A DNA stretch of 64,000 nt from an uncultured Verrucomicrobiae bacterium (GCA_963702845.1 OY969763.1:512001-576000), one strand, 5' to 3'; positions 11,060 through 22,688 are shown, counted from the stretch's first letter. The notes: generated from the letters alone by a model not told the origin. A program made the numbers and translations.

Positions 11060-11704
11060 TCATTCCTTGGACACTTTCATAGCCAGCGCCTGTGTCACCA
11101 CCACTTTCACCTCGTCGCCTTTTTGGAGCTTATCGAGGTCCACGGCTTCACCGACCTTCACTGTTTTGGTGTTGCCTTCAGGTCCCTTCAATTTGACGGA
11201 TCGCTTGTCCTTATCGATTTCCTCGATCGTCGCGGTCGCTTCCTCGGTCTTCACTGCCATCCCGGCTGGTTTCTCGCCTTTAGCAGCCACAATGAACGCT
11301 TTGGCTTCTTCCGGTTTCTCGGGGGCCGCTTGCCCGGGCTTCAACATGGAAATGGCCGCCGATTCATAATAAGTGGCCGACACTTTGTCGCCCTTTTGGA
11401 TCTGATCGAAGTTTTCAACAGCAGGCCCAACCTTCACTTTTTCGGTATCGCCCTTGTCTGTTTTCAGAGTGACGGTGCGATCTTCCTTGTTGATATCTTC
11501 CACAGTCGCCGAAGCGGTCACCGAATCGGAGACAACAAGTTTTGGAGTGGAAGCGCCGGCCGCTTCCTGCACCTGTTTGCCGCTGTCGTCGGCTTTCGCG
11601 CTCTTGTCCTGAGCCTTGTCCTTGCTGTCTGAATCTTGTGCGAATGCAAGCGCCCCGGACGTGATCAAAGCACCCATCACCGCTATTACAGTCTTACGTT
11701 TCAT
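11060..11704 (-). CDS. Secreted protein with two tandem OB-fold-like repeats
   Basis: AAGGAG RBS, signal peptide MKRKTV...AFA; repeats ATVEDINKEDRTVTLK...IQKGDKV and ATIEEIDKDKRSVKLK...LQKGDEV. Confidence 0.8.
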   Translation of the reverse strand: MKRKTVIAVMGALITSGALAFAQDSDSKDKAQDKSAKADDSGKQVQEAAGASTPKLVVSDSVTASATVEDINKEDRTVTLKTDKGDTEKVKVGPAVENFDQIQKGDKVSATYYESAAISMLKPGQAAPEKPEEAKAFIVAAKGEKPAGMAVKTEEATATIEEIDKDKRSVKLKGPEGNTKTVKVGEAVDLDKLQKGDEVKVVVTQALAMKVSKE

Positions 11705-11938
11705 AGAATGTCTCCTTTGTTTGGTCATAAAGTTTAATTTCGAGCCATCCCAAGACTGCGCCATGGGACTTAGGGCGTAAGAGGTTTGCCCTGCATCCCA
11801 TGGGCGGCTGACTCAACAAGGAAAACAGGCAAACCAATAGCATGGTTCATTTTTCTTCGTTATATATCAGAAGCATACGATTCAGAGGTGAATCCAACCG
11901 GTGAGCGGTGCCCATTGACGCAGCGGTTGCGCGAAGTG

Positions 11939-12403
11939 TTAACCGGTCGTTTGCGTTCCGGGCCCTTCCGCAGCATCCGAGGCCGAGCGTTTGGGCCAAC
12001 CCGGCAATTTGGTCACTTGTCCTTGTGCCAGCACCACGTCCGGATCGCGTTGCAAGGCCTCATGATAGTTCTGGGCAAAACCCTCTCCGCTTTCGCTTGC
12101 GACCAGCAATCCAGCCGCTTCCTTCACCAAACCCTCCACCGCGACTTGAGTGAACGGCTCATCGCCATCCAGCGCCTCGTCGATCGAGATAATCAATTTT
12201 GAAAGTGGGCTTAGCCATGCGAACCAGGGATCGTTCGTGAGCAGGTGCAGGAAATGGTTGGGCGAGGAGATTTTCGCCACGGTGCGCTCATATTCCACTC
12301 GCTCGGATTCCACTAACGCCTTGTGCAGGCTCAACAACGAAGTGCGCAGGGTCTCGAGCCGTGCCCGAATCGCTTCGGCGTCTGGTTTGGATTGCGTGCT
12401 CAT
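11939..12403 (-). CDS. Hypothetical alpha-helical protein
   Basis: 154 aa, AAGGAA upstream, conserved-looking LLSLHKALV..ER..YE and DPWFAWL.PLS motifs. Confidence 0.75.
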   Translation of the reverse strand: MSTQSKPDAEAIRARLETLRTSLLSLHKALVESERVEYERTVAKISSPNHFLHLLTNDPWFAWLSPLSKLIISIDEALDGDEPFTQVAVEGLVKEAAGLLVASESGEGFAQNYHEALQRDPDVVLAQGQVTKLPGWPKRSASDAAEGPGTQTTG

Positions 12404-12671
12404 ACCGTTTCCTTTCAGACAAACATACCACTTTTACGCCGGCACCGACGGCTTTTCTGCAGGCGACGTGGGATTCGCGATATGCTCTGAAAGAAAACGC
12501 TGAACCCGGTCATTAGTGACAGCTTCTCGTGGATTCAATGAGGCAATTATTGTCCGGTAATTGGCAAGGATTGCAAAGATTGTCCAGTCCGCCCTGAGTC
12601 AAATGTTTCGTGACCTTTAGCGGCAAAATCCGGCGAGAGGTCAAATCATGTATTAATGTTTGCTCAGCGCT

Positions 12672-15600
12672 ATGAAACTGATTTTCTTTCTGCTCGTTAC
12701 AGCCTTCTATCTGACGTCACCTCGCATCCTTGCTGCGGCTCCAGAATCGGAGGAAGGCTTCGTTTCCATTTTCAACGGCCGTGACCTGAGCGGCTGGGAC
12801 GGCAAACCTGGCTGGTGGCGCGTGGAGGATGGCGCCATCACGGGAGAAAGCACCTCGGAAAAGCGTTTGCTCAAACATAACTACCTCATTTGGCGCGGCG
12901 GGAAACCTGCGGATTTTGAACTGCGACTCCGGTTTCGGCTGCAAGGCGGGAATTCCGGGATCCAGTTTCGCAGCCGCGAATTGGCAGATTGGGACACGCG
13001 AGGGTACCAGGCCGATATGGATGCCGCGGACCAATATACCGGCGGCATTTACGAACATCAGCGTGGCCTGATCGCTTCGCGTGGGCAAAAGGTGACCATT
13101 GCTCGCGGTGGTACCCGACAAGTCGATTCCCTGGGCGACTTCGCCGAATTGCGCAAGCATATCAAGGATGGTGATTGGAACGATTATCGGGTCGTCGCGC
13201 GCGGCAGCGTAATGAAGCTGTTTATCAATGGCGTGCTGACCGCGCAGGCGGATGATGGCCAGACGAACCATGCGGCGAGCAGTGGCATCCTTGGTTTCCA
13301 GTTGCATCCCGGCCCGCCGATGAAAGTTCAGTTCCAGAATATCCGGCTGAAGCTCTTTACCAACAGCGCGCCTGAAGAAAGCACGAGTCCAGCGCGCGAA
13401 CCTACGGCCACGCCGGCTTCCCAAATCAAGGTCGCGAAGGATTTTAAAGTTGAGCTGCTCTATTCTCCGCCAAAAACGCAGGGTTCGTGGGTCAGCATGT
13501 GCGTGGATCCCAAAGGCCGGCTGATCGTGTGCGACCAGTATGACGGCGGCCTGTACCGCATTACGCCGCCACCGTTTGGTGACGCAGCTACAGGCACGAA
13601 GGTTGAAAAAATTAATGTCGAGTTAAGCGGTGCGCAGGGGTTGCTTTGGGCCTTCGACAGCCTTTATGCAATGGTCACCAAGAATGGCAAATTCGCCAGC
13701 GGCCTCTACCGGGTGCGAGACACCAACGGAGACGATCAACTGGATCAGGTTGAATTGTTGCGTCCGCTCGAAGGTGGCGGCGACCACGGCTGGCACGGTC
13801 TCCTGGCCGGGCCTGACGGGAAATCTATTTACGTGGTGGCCGGCGACGCTACGCGGTTCGCCAAACCGGAGCGCTCACGAGTGCCGCGCATCTGGAGCGA
13901 GGATCATCTGCTGCCTCGCCTGCCGGACGCGCGCGGGTTCATGACGACGGTGCTGGCGCCGGGCGGTTGCTTTTATCGCGTGGACCCGGAAGGCAAAACC
14001 TGGGAACTCATCTCGACCGGCTTCCGCAATCCGTACGATGCGGCATTCAACCGTTACGGTGACCTGCTGACGTTCGATGCCGACATGGAGTGGGACATGA
14101 ACACGCCATGGTATCGGCCGACGCGCATTTGCCTCGTGACCAGCGGGAGCGAATTCGGTTGGCGCAATGGCGCGGGAAAATGGCCTGCGTATTATCCCGA
14201 CAGCCTGCCTGCGGTGCTTGACGTCGGCCCTGGCTCACCCGTGGGCATGACCTTTGGCTACGGCGCAAAATTTCCCGGGCGCTATCAGGAGGCGCTGTTT
14301 CTTCCGGACTGGAGTTACGGTCGCATCTATGCGGCGCATTTGACTCCCGATGGCGCGGCTTACAACGGAGAGACCGAACTCATCATGAGCGGCACGCCGC
14401 TGCCGACGACGGATATCGTCGTAAACCCGCGAGACGGCGCGATGTATTTCGTGACCGGAGGTTGGCGCATCCAGACGGGCCTATACCGGGTTACGTATGT
14501 CGGCAAAGAACCCACCGCGCCTGCGCAGCCCGTGGATAGCGGTGCAGAATTGCGCGCGCTGCGGCGCAGGCTCGAAGCGTTTCACGGCCACCAGGATTCC
14601 AGCGCGGTGAAAGTGGTATGGCCATACCTCGGGCATGAAGATCGCTATATCCGTTTCGCGGCGCGGGTCGCGCTGGAATGGCAGGATCCCGGTCAATGGC
14701 GCGAAAAGGCGTTGAAGGAAACCAAAGCGCCAGTCGCGCTGACGGCCTTGATGGCGTTGGTTCGCGTCAGCGCGCGCGATCAATTTCATCGCCAGCCAAC
14801 CGACCCACTGCCGGACCCGTCCTTGCAAGAGAGGGTGCTGGCAGCCCTGGAGCGTATTGAATGGAAAAAGCTGACCGATGCCCAGCGGGTTGATTTGCTG
14901 CGTGTGTATGCGCTGACGTTTACACGACTGGGTCAGCCGAGCGAAACCAATCGCACACGGCTCGTCGCCAAATTTGATCCGCTCTTTCCGGCGGCCACGC
15001 GCGAGTTAAACGCTGAACTTTGCGAGTTGCTCGCATATCTTCAATCGCCGTCGCTCGCAGCCAAAGCGGTCGCCCTCGTGGACCGCGCGCCAACCCAGGA
15101 GGAACAGATCGAATATATGAAGTCGCTGCGCGTTCTGCGCGCCGGTTGGACGCCGGAACTTCGCGAAGCCTACTTTAAATGGTTTATCAAAGCCGGCGGC
15201 TACCGGGGTGGCGCAAGCTTTGCCGGCTTCATGCAGCTGATCAAGAACGACGCTATTGCCACGCTGTCCGATGCTGAGAAAGAGCACTTGAAACCTGTGC
15301 TTGAGGCAAAGCCGGTGACGCAATCCTCGTTGCAAGCCATGCAACAGGTACTAGCTGGACATTCCTTCGTGAAAGAATGGAAGGTCAGCGACCTGGCGCC
15401 GCTGGCGGAAAAAGGTTTGCACGAGCGCTCGTTTGAGCGCGGGCGCAAGTTGTTCGGTGGACTCGGCTGTTTCTCATGCCACCGGTTTGCCAACGAAGGT
15501 GGTGCGGTCGGTCCGGACCTGACCGGTGCGGGCGGACGTTTTAGCCCGCGCGATCTGCTCGAAGCCATCATCGAACCGAGCAAGACCATCAGCGATCTCT

Positions 15601-15902
15601 ATGCGCCGATCGTGATTCAGTTGAACGACGGCGACACGCTCACGGGACAAATAGTTTATCTAGGGACCGAAAGCATCAAAGTTAGCACCGACATGCTGAA
15701 TCCGAGCGAAACGACGAAGGTCGAGCGCAAAGACATAAAATCTATTGAAACCTCGAAAGTCTCTCCGATGCCCACCGGACTGCTGAACCTCTTGGCCAAG
15801 GACGAAATCATGGACTTGGTTGCCTACGTGCTTTCCGGCGGCAATGGGACGAATAAAATGTTTACGCAAACCAAACACTCCGACCTCAGCAAGCGACGTT
15901 AG
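12672..15902 (+). CDS. DUF1080 (3-keto-disaccharide hydrolase-like) domain fused to a PVC-type beta-propeller/HEAT/cytochrome c protein
   Basis: Signal peptide; [29 protein letters not shown] (DUF1080); GFRNPYD, DADMEWD propeller; CFSCH heme motif with VGPDLT and SPMPTGL. Confidence 0.88.
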   Translation: MKLIFFLLVTAFYLTSPRILAAAPESEEGFVSIFNGRDLSGWDGKPGWWRVEDGAITGESTSEKRLLKHNYLIWRGGKPADFELRLRFRLQGGNSGIQFRSRELADWDTRGYQADMDAADQYTGGIYEHQRGLIASRGQKVTIARGGTRQVDSLGDFAELRKHIKDGDWNDYRVVARGSVMKLFINGVLTAQADDGQTNHAASSGILGFQLHPGPPMKVQFQNIRLKLFTNSAPEESTSPAREPTATPASQIKVAKDFKVELLYSPPKTQGSWVSMCVDPKGRLIVCDQYDGGLYRITPPPFGDAATGTKVEKINVELSGAQGLLWAFDSLYAMVTKNGKFASGLYRVRDTNGDDQLDQVELLRPLEGGGDHGWHGLLAGPDGKSIYVVAGDATRFAKPERSRVPRIWSEDHLLPRLPDARGFMTTVLAPGGCFYRVDPEGKTWELISTGFRNPYDAAFNRYGDLLTFDADMEWDMNTPWYRPTRICLVTSGSEFGWRNGAGKWPAYYPDSLPAVLDVGPGSPVGMTFGYGAKFPGRYQEALFLPDWSYGRIYAAHLTPDGAAYNGETELIMSGTPLPTTDIVVNPRDGAMYFVTGGWRIQTGLYRVTYVGKEPTAPAQPVDSGAELRALRRRLEAFHGHQDSSAVKVVWPYLGHEDRYIRFAARVALEWQDPGQWREKALKETKAPVALTALMALVRVSARDQFHRQPTDPLPDPSLQERVLAALERIEWKKLTDAQRVDLLRVYALTFTRLGQPSETNRTRLVAKFDPLFPAATRELNAELCELLAYLQSPSLAAKAVALVDRAPTQEEQIEYMKSLRVLRAGWTPELREAYFKWFIKAGGYRGGASFAGFMQLIKNDAIATLSDAEKEHLKPVLEAKPVTQSSLQAMQQVLAGHSFVKEWKVSDLAPLAEKGLHERSFERGRKLFGGLGCFSCHRFANEGGAVGPDLTGAGGRFSPRDLLEAIIEPSKTISDLYAPIVIQLNDGDTLTGQIVYLGTESIKVSTDMLNPSETTKVERKDIKSIETSKVSPMPTGLLNLLAKDEIMDLVAYVLSGGNGTNKMFTQTKHSDLSKRR

Positions 15903-15940
15903 ACGTCGCGATAACAAACGCAAATTCCCATCATTTAGAA

Positions 15941-15968
15941 TTGCACCGCGGGGCGGATTTTATAGCAT
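15941..15968 (+). promoter_or_regulatory. Putative leuB promoter TTGCAC-N16-TAGCAT
   Basis: Hexamers ~80 nt upstream of the leuB ATG. Confidence 0.4.
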
Positions 15969-16050
15969 CGCCGTTCGCCCTTGCGGGCTCGACCATCCAA
16001 AATCGGGCACACGCGGCCGACGTTCGGCTTGCGGCGAAAGATTTTCCAAA

Positions 16051-17157
16051 ATGAAAAGTTATAACATTGCAGTCATGGGCGGCGACGGAACCGGTCCGGA
16101 AGTCGTTCGCGAAGCCGTCAAAGTTCTCGATGTCGTCAGTAAAAAATTCGGCATCAAACTCAACTACACCAATTACGATTTGGGCGGTGAACGCTATCTG
16201 CGCACGAACGAAGCGTTGCCGGATTCAGTCGTTGAAGAGTTGCGCAAGTTTCCCGCAATTCTGCTCGGTGCCATCGGCCATCCTGATGTGAAGCCCGGCA
16301 TTTTGGAAAAAGGCATTTTGCTGCGCCTGCGTTTCGAGCTCGAGCAATACATCAATCTACGCCCGGTGAAGCTCTACGACGAACGCTTCTGCCCGCTCAA
16401 GGACAAGAAGCCGGAAGACATTGATTTTGTCGTCGTCCGCGAAAACAACGAAGGTCTCTACACCGGTTCCGGTGGTTTCGTTTTCAAAGGTACCCCGCAC
16501 GAAATCGCGATCCAGGAAAGCGTGAACACCCGTCGCGGTGTTGAACGCTGCTTGCGCTATGCATTCGAATTAGCTCAAAAACGCCGCGCTGGAAAGCCTT
16601 GGCGCGGTTTGAAGCCCGACGACATCAAAGCCGGCAAGACATCGCAACTGACCTTGTCCGGTAAGACGAACGTTTTGACCTACGCGTTCGATTTGTGGTT
16701 CCGCGCGTTTAACGAAGTCGGCGAAGCAGATTTCAAAAACGTCAAACGCGACTACGCACACGTCGACGCGACCACGATGTGGTTCGTGAAGAATCCGGAA
16801 TGGTTCGACGTGATCGTCACCGACAACATGTTCGGCGACATCATCACCGACCTCGGCGCGATGGTGCAGGGCGGAATGGGCATTGCCGCTGGCGGCAACA
16901 TCAATCCGCAAGGCTGCAGCATGTTCGAGCCGATTGGCGGAAGCGCTCCGAAGTACACCAATCAAGGCGTCATCAATCCGCTTGCGGCAATTTGCGCCGG
17001 CCAGATGATGCTCGATTTCCTCGGCGAACAGCAGGCGGCGCAAGCGATTGAAACCGCGGTGATCAAGATCACGCGCGAAAAGGTCAAGAGCCTCGCCGCC
17101 GGCAAAATGGGTTACACCACGTCGCAAATGGGCGACCTGGTTTGCGAAGCGCTGTAA
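16051..17157 (+). CDS. leuB: 3-isopropylmalate dehydrogenase
   Basis: [51 protein letters not shown]. Confidence 0.9.
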   Translation: MKSYNIAVMGGDGTGPEVVREAVKVLDVVSKKFGIKLNYTNYDLGGERYLRTNEALPDSVVEELRKFPAILLGAIGHPDVKPGILEKGILLRLRFELEQYINLRPVKLYDERFCPLKDKKPEDIDFVVVRENNEGLYTGSGGFVFKGTPHEIAIQESVNTRRGVERCLRYAFELAQKRRAGKPWRGLKPDDIKAGKTSQLTLSGKTNVLTYAFDLWFRAFNEVGEADFKNVKRDYAHVDATTMWFVKNPEWFDVIVTDNMFGDIITDLGAMVQGGMGIAAGGNINPQGCSMFEPIGGSAPKYTNQGVINPLAAICAGQMMLDFLGEQQAAQAIETAVIKITREKVKSLAAGKMGYTTSQMGDLVCEAL

Positions 17158-17163
17158 TTTGAA

Positions 17164-17889
17164 TCAATGGTGCGTTTGTAGCCTCGCCCTTTTATAGAGG
17201 GCGAGGTCACTAAACACACAAGTGAACGGCTTTTTCCCGGAATTGACGGCTTCGATTCCGGCGCAAACGGTCTCTGGAAAATCGACTTCCATCGGTCGGA
17301 ACGATTGCCAACAAATGCGATCTGGACTTGTTGACGCGAAGACTTTGTTCCCGTGTCGTTCGAGCCTGAGCCACACGTCGGCATCTTTGATGTCCAATTC
17401 GAAATTCGTAACATCGCTGTCATCGCGCAATTCAAAGTTCGCATAATGGCGAAGTTCGTGACCGAGTCGAACGGCGCCCCGTTGCAAGCTCAAGTGATGA
17501 TGCTTGTCGGCGACGATGAGCAAACCGCCGCCATTGTAAGGGCGACGGCATTCGATCGTGCTTTTTTCGCCCGGCCGAAACACGCCTGAGATTTTGACTT
17601 CAATGATGAAGTTGCCGGTGACTTCGGAGAGAACTCGCGGTGCGTTCCAGATTTCGAGTTCGGACGCGAAATCGTGCGCGGTTGCAGGAATACGGATTTT
17701 GATGCGACAGTCTTCCCGCGAAATGGTACAATCGTGCGCCGGGTCTTCGGTTCTGGCGCTGATTTGAGCGGGTCGCTCGCTCGCGGTTTTTCGATGTGAC
17801 TGACAGCAGACCTCGGTGGTGCAGCCGGTTGTGATGAGAATTGCCGCAGTGAAGAGCAGACCGAAGGAGGTGATCCGAGGCGTGTCCAT
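17164..17889 (-). CDS. DUF1349-like (concanavalin-fold) lipoprotein
   Basis: Lipobox-like ITTGC, NAPRVLSEVTGNF, WLRLERHG...STSPD..W. Confidence 0.7.
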   Translation of the reverse strand: MDTPRITSFGLLFTAAILITTGCTTEVCCQSHRKTASERPAQISARTEDPAHDCTISREDCRIKIRIPATAHDFASELEIWNAPRVLSEVTGNFIIEVKISGVFRPGEKSTIECRRPYNGGGLLIVADKHHHLSLQRGAVRLGHELRHYANFELRDDSDVTNFELDIKDADVWLRLERHGNKVFASTSPDRICWQSFRPMEVDFPETVCAGIEAVNSGKKPFTCVFSDLALYKRARLQTHH

Positions 17890-17948
17890 GGGCGGACAAT
17901 ATAAGTTCCGCTTGAAACTTCAACGCCGAAGTGTTGCCTTAGTGGCGA

Positions 17949-18845
17949 ATGCCGTTATTGCGCTGTGTCATTTATAACCCGACTGCCCGTGGTGAGAAGG
18001 CCCGCGCATTTCGTGATGAAGTAACTCAGATCGCGAAAGATTGGGAATTATTTCCAACCACATGCCCCGGTGACGCTCGCACGCTGGCCGCTCGCGCAAC
18101 TCGCGACGGCTACACCGACATCATCGCGGCTGGTGGTGATGGCACGTTAAACGAAGTGGTCAACGGCATCGGCGATGTGCCCGGCGGATTTGAAAAGGTG
18201 ACGTTTGGATTTTTGCCGCTTGGAACGATTAACGTTTTTGCGCGCGAACTTGGACTGCCGCTCAAATGGCAAAACGCCTGGCAGGTCGCGAGCAGTTGTA
18301 AGCCGACCAACATCGATGTGGCGCTCGCTGAGTTCGTCAGCTTGTCCGGTAAACCGGAGAAGCGTTATTTCGTCCAACTAGCCGGAGCCGGCCTCGATGC
18401 TCGCGCGATCGAGTTGGTGAGTTGGAAACAGAAGAAAGTGATTGGGCCGATAGCCTACATCATCTCCGGCTTTCGTGCCCTCGGTGAGCGTCACGAAGTG
18501 ATAGATGTGAAAGGCAGTGAAAGCGCGAGAGGTGAATTGGTTTTGTTTGGCAACGGCCGCTTCTACGGCGGCAGCTTCAATTTTTTCCCGCGCGCGAGTT
18601 TGCAGGATGGCTTATGCGACGTCGCGGTGTTTCCGAAGGTCAATGCCTTTCAACTGATCAAGGGCGTTATCGGCATGTATACCGGCAGCATTTACCGCAT
18701 GTGCGAAGCCCAGCAGCAGCAGGCTGCAAAATTAATGTTGAGCAGCAGCGGCCACGTTCCGTTGCAACTCGATGGCGATTTGGTCGGTCAACTTCCGGCG
18801 ACAATCACCGTGGTGCCGAAAGCCCTGCGCGTTCGAGTTCCTTAG
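17949..18845 (+). CDS. Diacylglycerol/lipid kinase family protein (YegS/DAGK-like)
   Basis: YNPTA, AAGGDGTLNEVVNG, LPLGTINVFA, GAGLDA, QLDGD. Confidence 0.93.
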   Translation: MPLLRCVIYNPTARGEKARAFRDEVTQIAKDWELFPTTCPGDARTLAARATRDGYTDIIAAGGDGTLNEVVNGIGDVPGGFEKVTFGFLPLGTINVFARELGLPLKWQNAWQVASSCKPTNIDVALAEFVSLSGKPEKRYFVQLAGAGLDARAIELVSWKQKKVIGPIAYIISGFRALGERHEVIDVKGSESARGELVLFGNGRFYGGSFNFFPRASLQDGLCDVAVFPKVNAFQLIKGVIGMYTGSIYRMCEAQQQQAAKLMLSSSGHVPLQLDGDLVGQLPATITVVPKALRVRVP

Positions 18846-18848
18846 TAC

Positions 18849-18880
18849 AAAAAAAGACACAGAGGGGGACCTCTGTGTCT
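18849..18880 (-). terminator. Intrinsic terminator between convergent genes
   Basis: agacacagagg-ggga-cctctgtgtct 11-bp stem with a T-run on the minus strand. Confidence 0.8.
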
Positions 18881-18896
18881 CGAGATAATTTAAGAA

Positions 18897-20351
18897 TTAA
18901 ACCGTCCAGCCCTTGCGATAGTGCTTGTGAATCAGGATGTCGGCTTCGGGCATGTTTTTGCAGCGCATGTGTTTTGAGTCCCATTCGATTTTCCTGCCGA
19001 TCCGGATCGCCAGGTTGCCCAGCAAAACTGTTTCGCTGAACGGGCCGGACACATCGAAATTCGAACATGCGGGCGGGCCGCCTTTGCAGGCGCGCAACCA
19101 ATCCTGGTGCGGGCTATTGCCAGGCACGCGCGGGATGATCGGCTCTGGCTTTTTGAAACCCTTCATCATCGACTCTGGTAACAACCGCGGATTTTCGCCG
19201 TAAGTGCCGCACACCATCTTGCCCTTCTCGCCGATGAACAACGTCCCGTTCGCTTCCAATTCATGTTCCATCTCGGCCGGTTTCGCCGGTTTATGACCGC
19301 TGTCGTGCCAGGTCAAAATGCAGTCGGGGAACGTCACTTTATTTTTGCCGACCGTCGCCGTGCGTTCAGGGAAATGATAGCGGACGACCGACCATTCAGG
19401 AGCCATCTCCGGCACGAGCTCCGAATGATCGAGCAATTCGACCGTGTCCGGCGCGCCAAGTGCCAAAGACCAGTTCGCGCCGTCCATAATGTGACAGCCC
19501 ATGTCGCCGAGCGCGCCGCAACCGAAATCCCACCATCCACGCCAATTGAACGGGTGATACACACCCTGACGATTCTTCTTCGTCTTAACGTCACCCTCCG
19601 GCCAATGCGCCAGGAACGGCCGTTCCGGTGCAGGGCCGAGCCACAAGTCCCACTTCAAATTCGACGGCACCGGGTCCGAACCCGTCGGGCGCAACTTCCC
19701 TTGCGGCCACCAGCCCATCGCGCGGTCCGTCCAGCAATGCACCTCGCGCACCTTGCCGATCGTGTCGGCCCAAATAATTTCGCACAACTCACGATTTCCC
19801 ACGCCTGAGTGCCCCTGGTTGCCCATCTGCGTTGCGACCTTGTGCTTGCGCGCGGCAAGCGTCAATTGGCGCGCTTCCCAAATCGTGTGCGTCAACGGCT
19901 TTTGACAATACACATGTTTGCCGTTCTTGATCGCCAACATCGCGGCCGGCGCATGATGTAGGTCGGGCGTGCTCACGCTGACCGCGTCCATGTCCTTTTC
20001 CTTTTCCAGCATGATGCGATAATCGTTATACGTGCGCGCCTTCGGATACTTCTCCTTGGCCTGCGCGAGCTTCTCATCATCCACATCGCACAACGCCACG
20101 ATATTTTCCGTCGGCACACCATCGACAGCATTCGCCGAACCGGCAATGTCACTCGCGCCTTTGCCCGTCACGCCGATGCCGCCGATGTTCAACTTCTCAT
20201 TCGGCGATTTATACTTCGGCTTGGCCAAAATCGATGGCGTTGTCAACGCGCCCGCGGCGAGCAACGTCGTATAAATAAAGTGGCGACGGCCGATTTGATT
20301 CGTAAAAACTTCCGTGCGGATTGAGTCGAACTCAGAGTTAGGCTTGGACAT
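18897..20351 (-). CDS. Tat-exported Gfo/Idh/MocA oxidoreductase
   Basis: GRRHF twin-arginine signal, VALCDVD, STPDLHH, YCQKPL, QMGNQG, GALGDMGCH. Confidence 0.93.
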   Translation of the reverse strand: MSKPNSEFDSIRTEVFTNQIGRRHFIYTTLLAAGALTTPSILAKPKYKSPNEKLNIGGIGVTGKGASDIAGSANAVDGVPTENIVALCDVDDEKLAQAKEKYPKARTYNDYRIMLEKEKDMDAVSVSTPDLHHAPAAMLAIKNGKHVYCQKPLTHTIWEARQLTLAARKHKVATQMGNQGHSGVGNRELCEIIWADTIGKVREVHCWTDRAMGWWPQGKLRPTGSDPVPSNLKWDLWLGPAPERPFLAHWPEGDVKTKKNRQGVYHPFNWRGWWDFGCGALGDMGCHIMDGANWSLALGAPDTVELLDHSELVPEMAPEWSVVRYHFPERTATVGKNKVTFPDCILTWHDSGHKPAKPAEMEHELEANGTLFIGEKGKMVCGTYGENPRLLPESMMKGFKKPEPIIPRVPGNSPHQDWLRACKGGPPACSNFDVSGPFSETVLLGNLAIRIGRKIEWDSKHMRCKNMPEADILIHKHYRKGWTV

Positions 20352-20471
20352 AGTTCGTCCTTCGTATTCCTTTCGGCCATTTGACACAAGGAGAAATGGC
20401 TCGGGGAACTGTCGTATTTCGAATGGTGGCCAACTTGCCTCCATGCCTCTGCTGCGGCATGCTGTGGCTGA

Positions 20472-21515
20472 GTGACGCAGCATCAACTCTTTCTCAACTT
20501 ACTTTCCGCGCCCGCGCCCGTGTTGTCGTTGGCGCCGATGCAGGATGTCACTGACCTGCCATTTTGGACTCTAATGGCGCGCTACGGCGGTCCTGATGTT
20601 TATTGGACGGAATACTTTCGCGTTCATGGCGATTCGCGCCCTGAAGAGTGGATTTTGCGTTCGATTATTGAAAACCCTACGGGGCGTCCGGCAATTGCGC
20701 AACTGATTGGGAACGACGTTCCCGCAATGGTGCGCAACGCAAAGGAGCTGCAACAATATGAAATCGCCGCGATCGATCTGAACCTCGGCTGCCCGGCTCC
20801 GGTCGTATACAGAAAATGTGCTGGAGGCGGGCTGTTGCGCGAACCGAATAGGATCGATTCACTGCTCGGCGCGTTGCGCGATAGTGTGCATGTCGCGTTC
20901 ACGGTCAAGACGCGGATTGGATTTGAGTCACCAGAAGAATTCGACACGCTGCTTCCGCTTTTTGCGAAACACGGCATCGATCTTCTTACCGTGCACGGGC
21001 GCACCGTGGTGCAGATGTACCGCCCCGGCGTTCGATACGATTTGATTGCGCGCGCCGCGCGGGAGTTGAAGTGTCCAGTTTTTGCCAACGGCAATGTGCA
21101 TAGCGCGGCTCATGCTCGAAGCGTTTTGGAACAAACCGGCGTGCGCGGCTTGATGATCGGTCGCGGTGCGATTCGTAATCCGTGGCTATTCGATCAAATT
21201 CGCGCTGAACTTTCCGGCCAACTGGTGAAGCTTCCGACTGGTCGCCAAGTCTTAAATTATATCTGCGAACTTTGGGACGCTGAAGTGACGCCCGATGTGC
21301 GCGAATCTGCGCAAGTGCAGCGCCTGAAGAAATTTATGAACTTCATCGGCGAAGGTCTTCCCGGCGCTGATCAATTTCTGTTCCAGATACGACGCGTTGA
21401 GACGAAAGCCGCGTTTTTTAGTGTGTGTAAAGAATTCCTCGATCACGACGATCCGATGTCACTTGACCCTGATAATGTTAAATCGCGCTCGACACCACAA
21501 CCTGTGACTTTGTAA
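20472..21515 (+). CDS. tRNA-dihydrouridine synthase family protein
   Basis: LAPMQDVTD, DLNLGCP, TVKTRIG, TVHGRT, ANGNV, MIGRGAIRNPW. Confidence 0.92.
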   Translation: MTQHQLFLNLLSAPAPVLSLAPMQDVTDLPFWTLMARYGGPDVYWTEYFRVHGDSRPEEWILRSIIENPTGRPAIAQLIGNDVPAMVRNAKELQQYEIAAIDLNLGCPAPVVYRKCAGGGLLREPNRIDSLLGALRDSVHVAFTVKTRIGFESPEEFDTLLPLFAKHGIDLLTVHGRTVVQMYRPGVRYDLIARAARELKCPVFANGNVHSAAHARSVLEQTGVRGLMIGRGAIRNPWLFDQIRAELSGQLVKLPTGRQVLNYICELWDAEVTPDVRESAQVQRLKKFMNFIGEGLPGADQFLFQIRRVETKAAFFSVCKEFLDHDDPMSLDPDNVKSRSTPQPVTL

Positions 21516-21537
21516 AAAGGTTCAAGCCGCACCACCT

Positions 21538-22662
21538 ATGCATACTAACGAATATCTATTTCCACATCGTCTCACGCGCCGTGATTTCCTTGCCACTACT
21601 GCCACAGCGCTGGCCGGCCTTGCCGTCGCACCTGGCGCGCTCGCCCAAAAGAAACCGGCCGTCACGATTGGCAGCGGTGCCCATACCTACGAGGCCGTTC
21701 AGGACTGGGGCACGTTGCCGCCTGGAATGAAATACGGCATGGGCTGCGGCGTTATCGTTGATAGCAAAGATCGCGTTTTCGTTACGTCACGTTCCACGCA
21801 CCCGTGTGTCGCGATTTTTGATCATAACGGCAAACTGCTCGAAACGTGGAGTGACAGCTTCGCTGACCAGGTTGGCTTCACAACCGAGCAAGTGAAAGAA
21901 ACGGCGCATTGCCTTTACTGGAGCAAAGAGGGGAACACCGAATACATTTACTGGACTGAAAACGTTGGTAAACCTAAGGACGACGGAAGAATTGGCGCAC
22001 GTGTTTATAAGACCGATCTTCGCGGCAAAATTCTTTACGAAATCGGCAATGTCAAAGTGGAGGGGACCACTTCGCAGAAGTTCGAATGGACCAATCCCAC
22101 TGACGTCGCCGTCGCGCCGAATGGCGATATTTATGTCGTTGATGGCTACGGCAGCCAACGCGTCAGCCGGTTCGACAAAAATTTCAAGCACCTCAAAACC
22201 ATTGGCACTCACACTAAAAAAGAAGAAGTCGGCAAGAATGCTCCCGCCGGCACGTTCAATACCTGCCACGGCGTCTGGATTATGTTGCACAAAACCAAAG
22301 AGCCGGAAGTGTGGATTGCTGACCGCCACAACGATCGCATTGAAATCTACGATTTGAATCTCACATTCAAACGCCGCATCACCGAACATGTCCGCACTCC
22401 GTGCTGCTTCTATCAGCACAACGACCTGATCTTCGTGCCGGAATTGGCTGGCCGCGTCAGCATTTTCGACCTCGAAGGCAAACTCGTCGCTCATTTAGGT
22501 GACGGATTGAAAAGCGACGGCAAAACCGCAAAGCCGGACAACCTTACGAACCCGGCGCTGTTCACTCATCCACACGCGATTTGCGTCGATTCAAAAGGCG
22601 ACTTTTACACTGTCGAATGGGTCGGCTTCGGTCGTCCGCGTAAGTTCAAGCGCATAGTGTAA
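21538..22662 (+). CDS. Tat-exported NHL-repeat beta-propeller protein
   Basis: TRRDFL signal; PTDVAVAPNGDIYVVDGYG, HPHAICVDSKGD repeats. Confidence 0.85.
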   Translation: MHTNEYLFPHRLTRRDFLATTATALAGLAVAPGALAQKKPAVTIGSGAHTYEAVQDWGTLPPGMKYGMGCGVIVDSKDRVFVTSRSTHPCVAIFDHNGKLLETWSDSFADQVGFTTEQVKETAHCLYWSKEGNTEYIYWTENVGKPKDDGRIGARVYKTDLRGKILYEIGNVKVEGTTSQKFEWTNPTDVAVAPNGDIYVVDGYGSQRVSRFDKNFKHLKTIGTHTKKEEVGKNAPAGTFNTCHGVWIMLHKTKEPEVWIADRHNDRIEIYDLNLTFKRRITEHVRTPCCFYQHNDLIFVPELAGRVSIFDLEGKLVAHLGDGLKSDGKTAKPDNLTNPALFTHPHAICVDSKGDFYTVEWVGFGRPRKFKRIV

Positions 22663-22688
22663 CGCACGAGCACAAAACTGCGTTCGAT

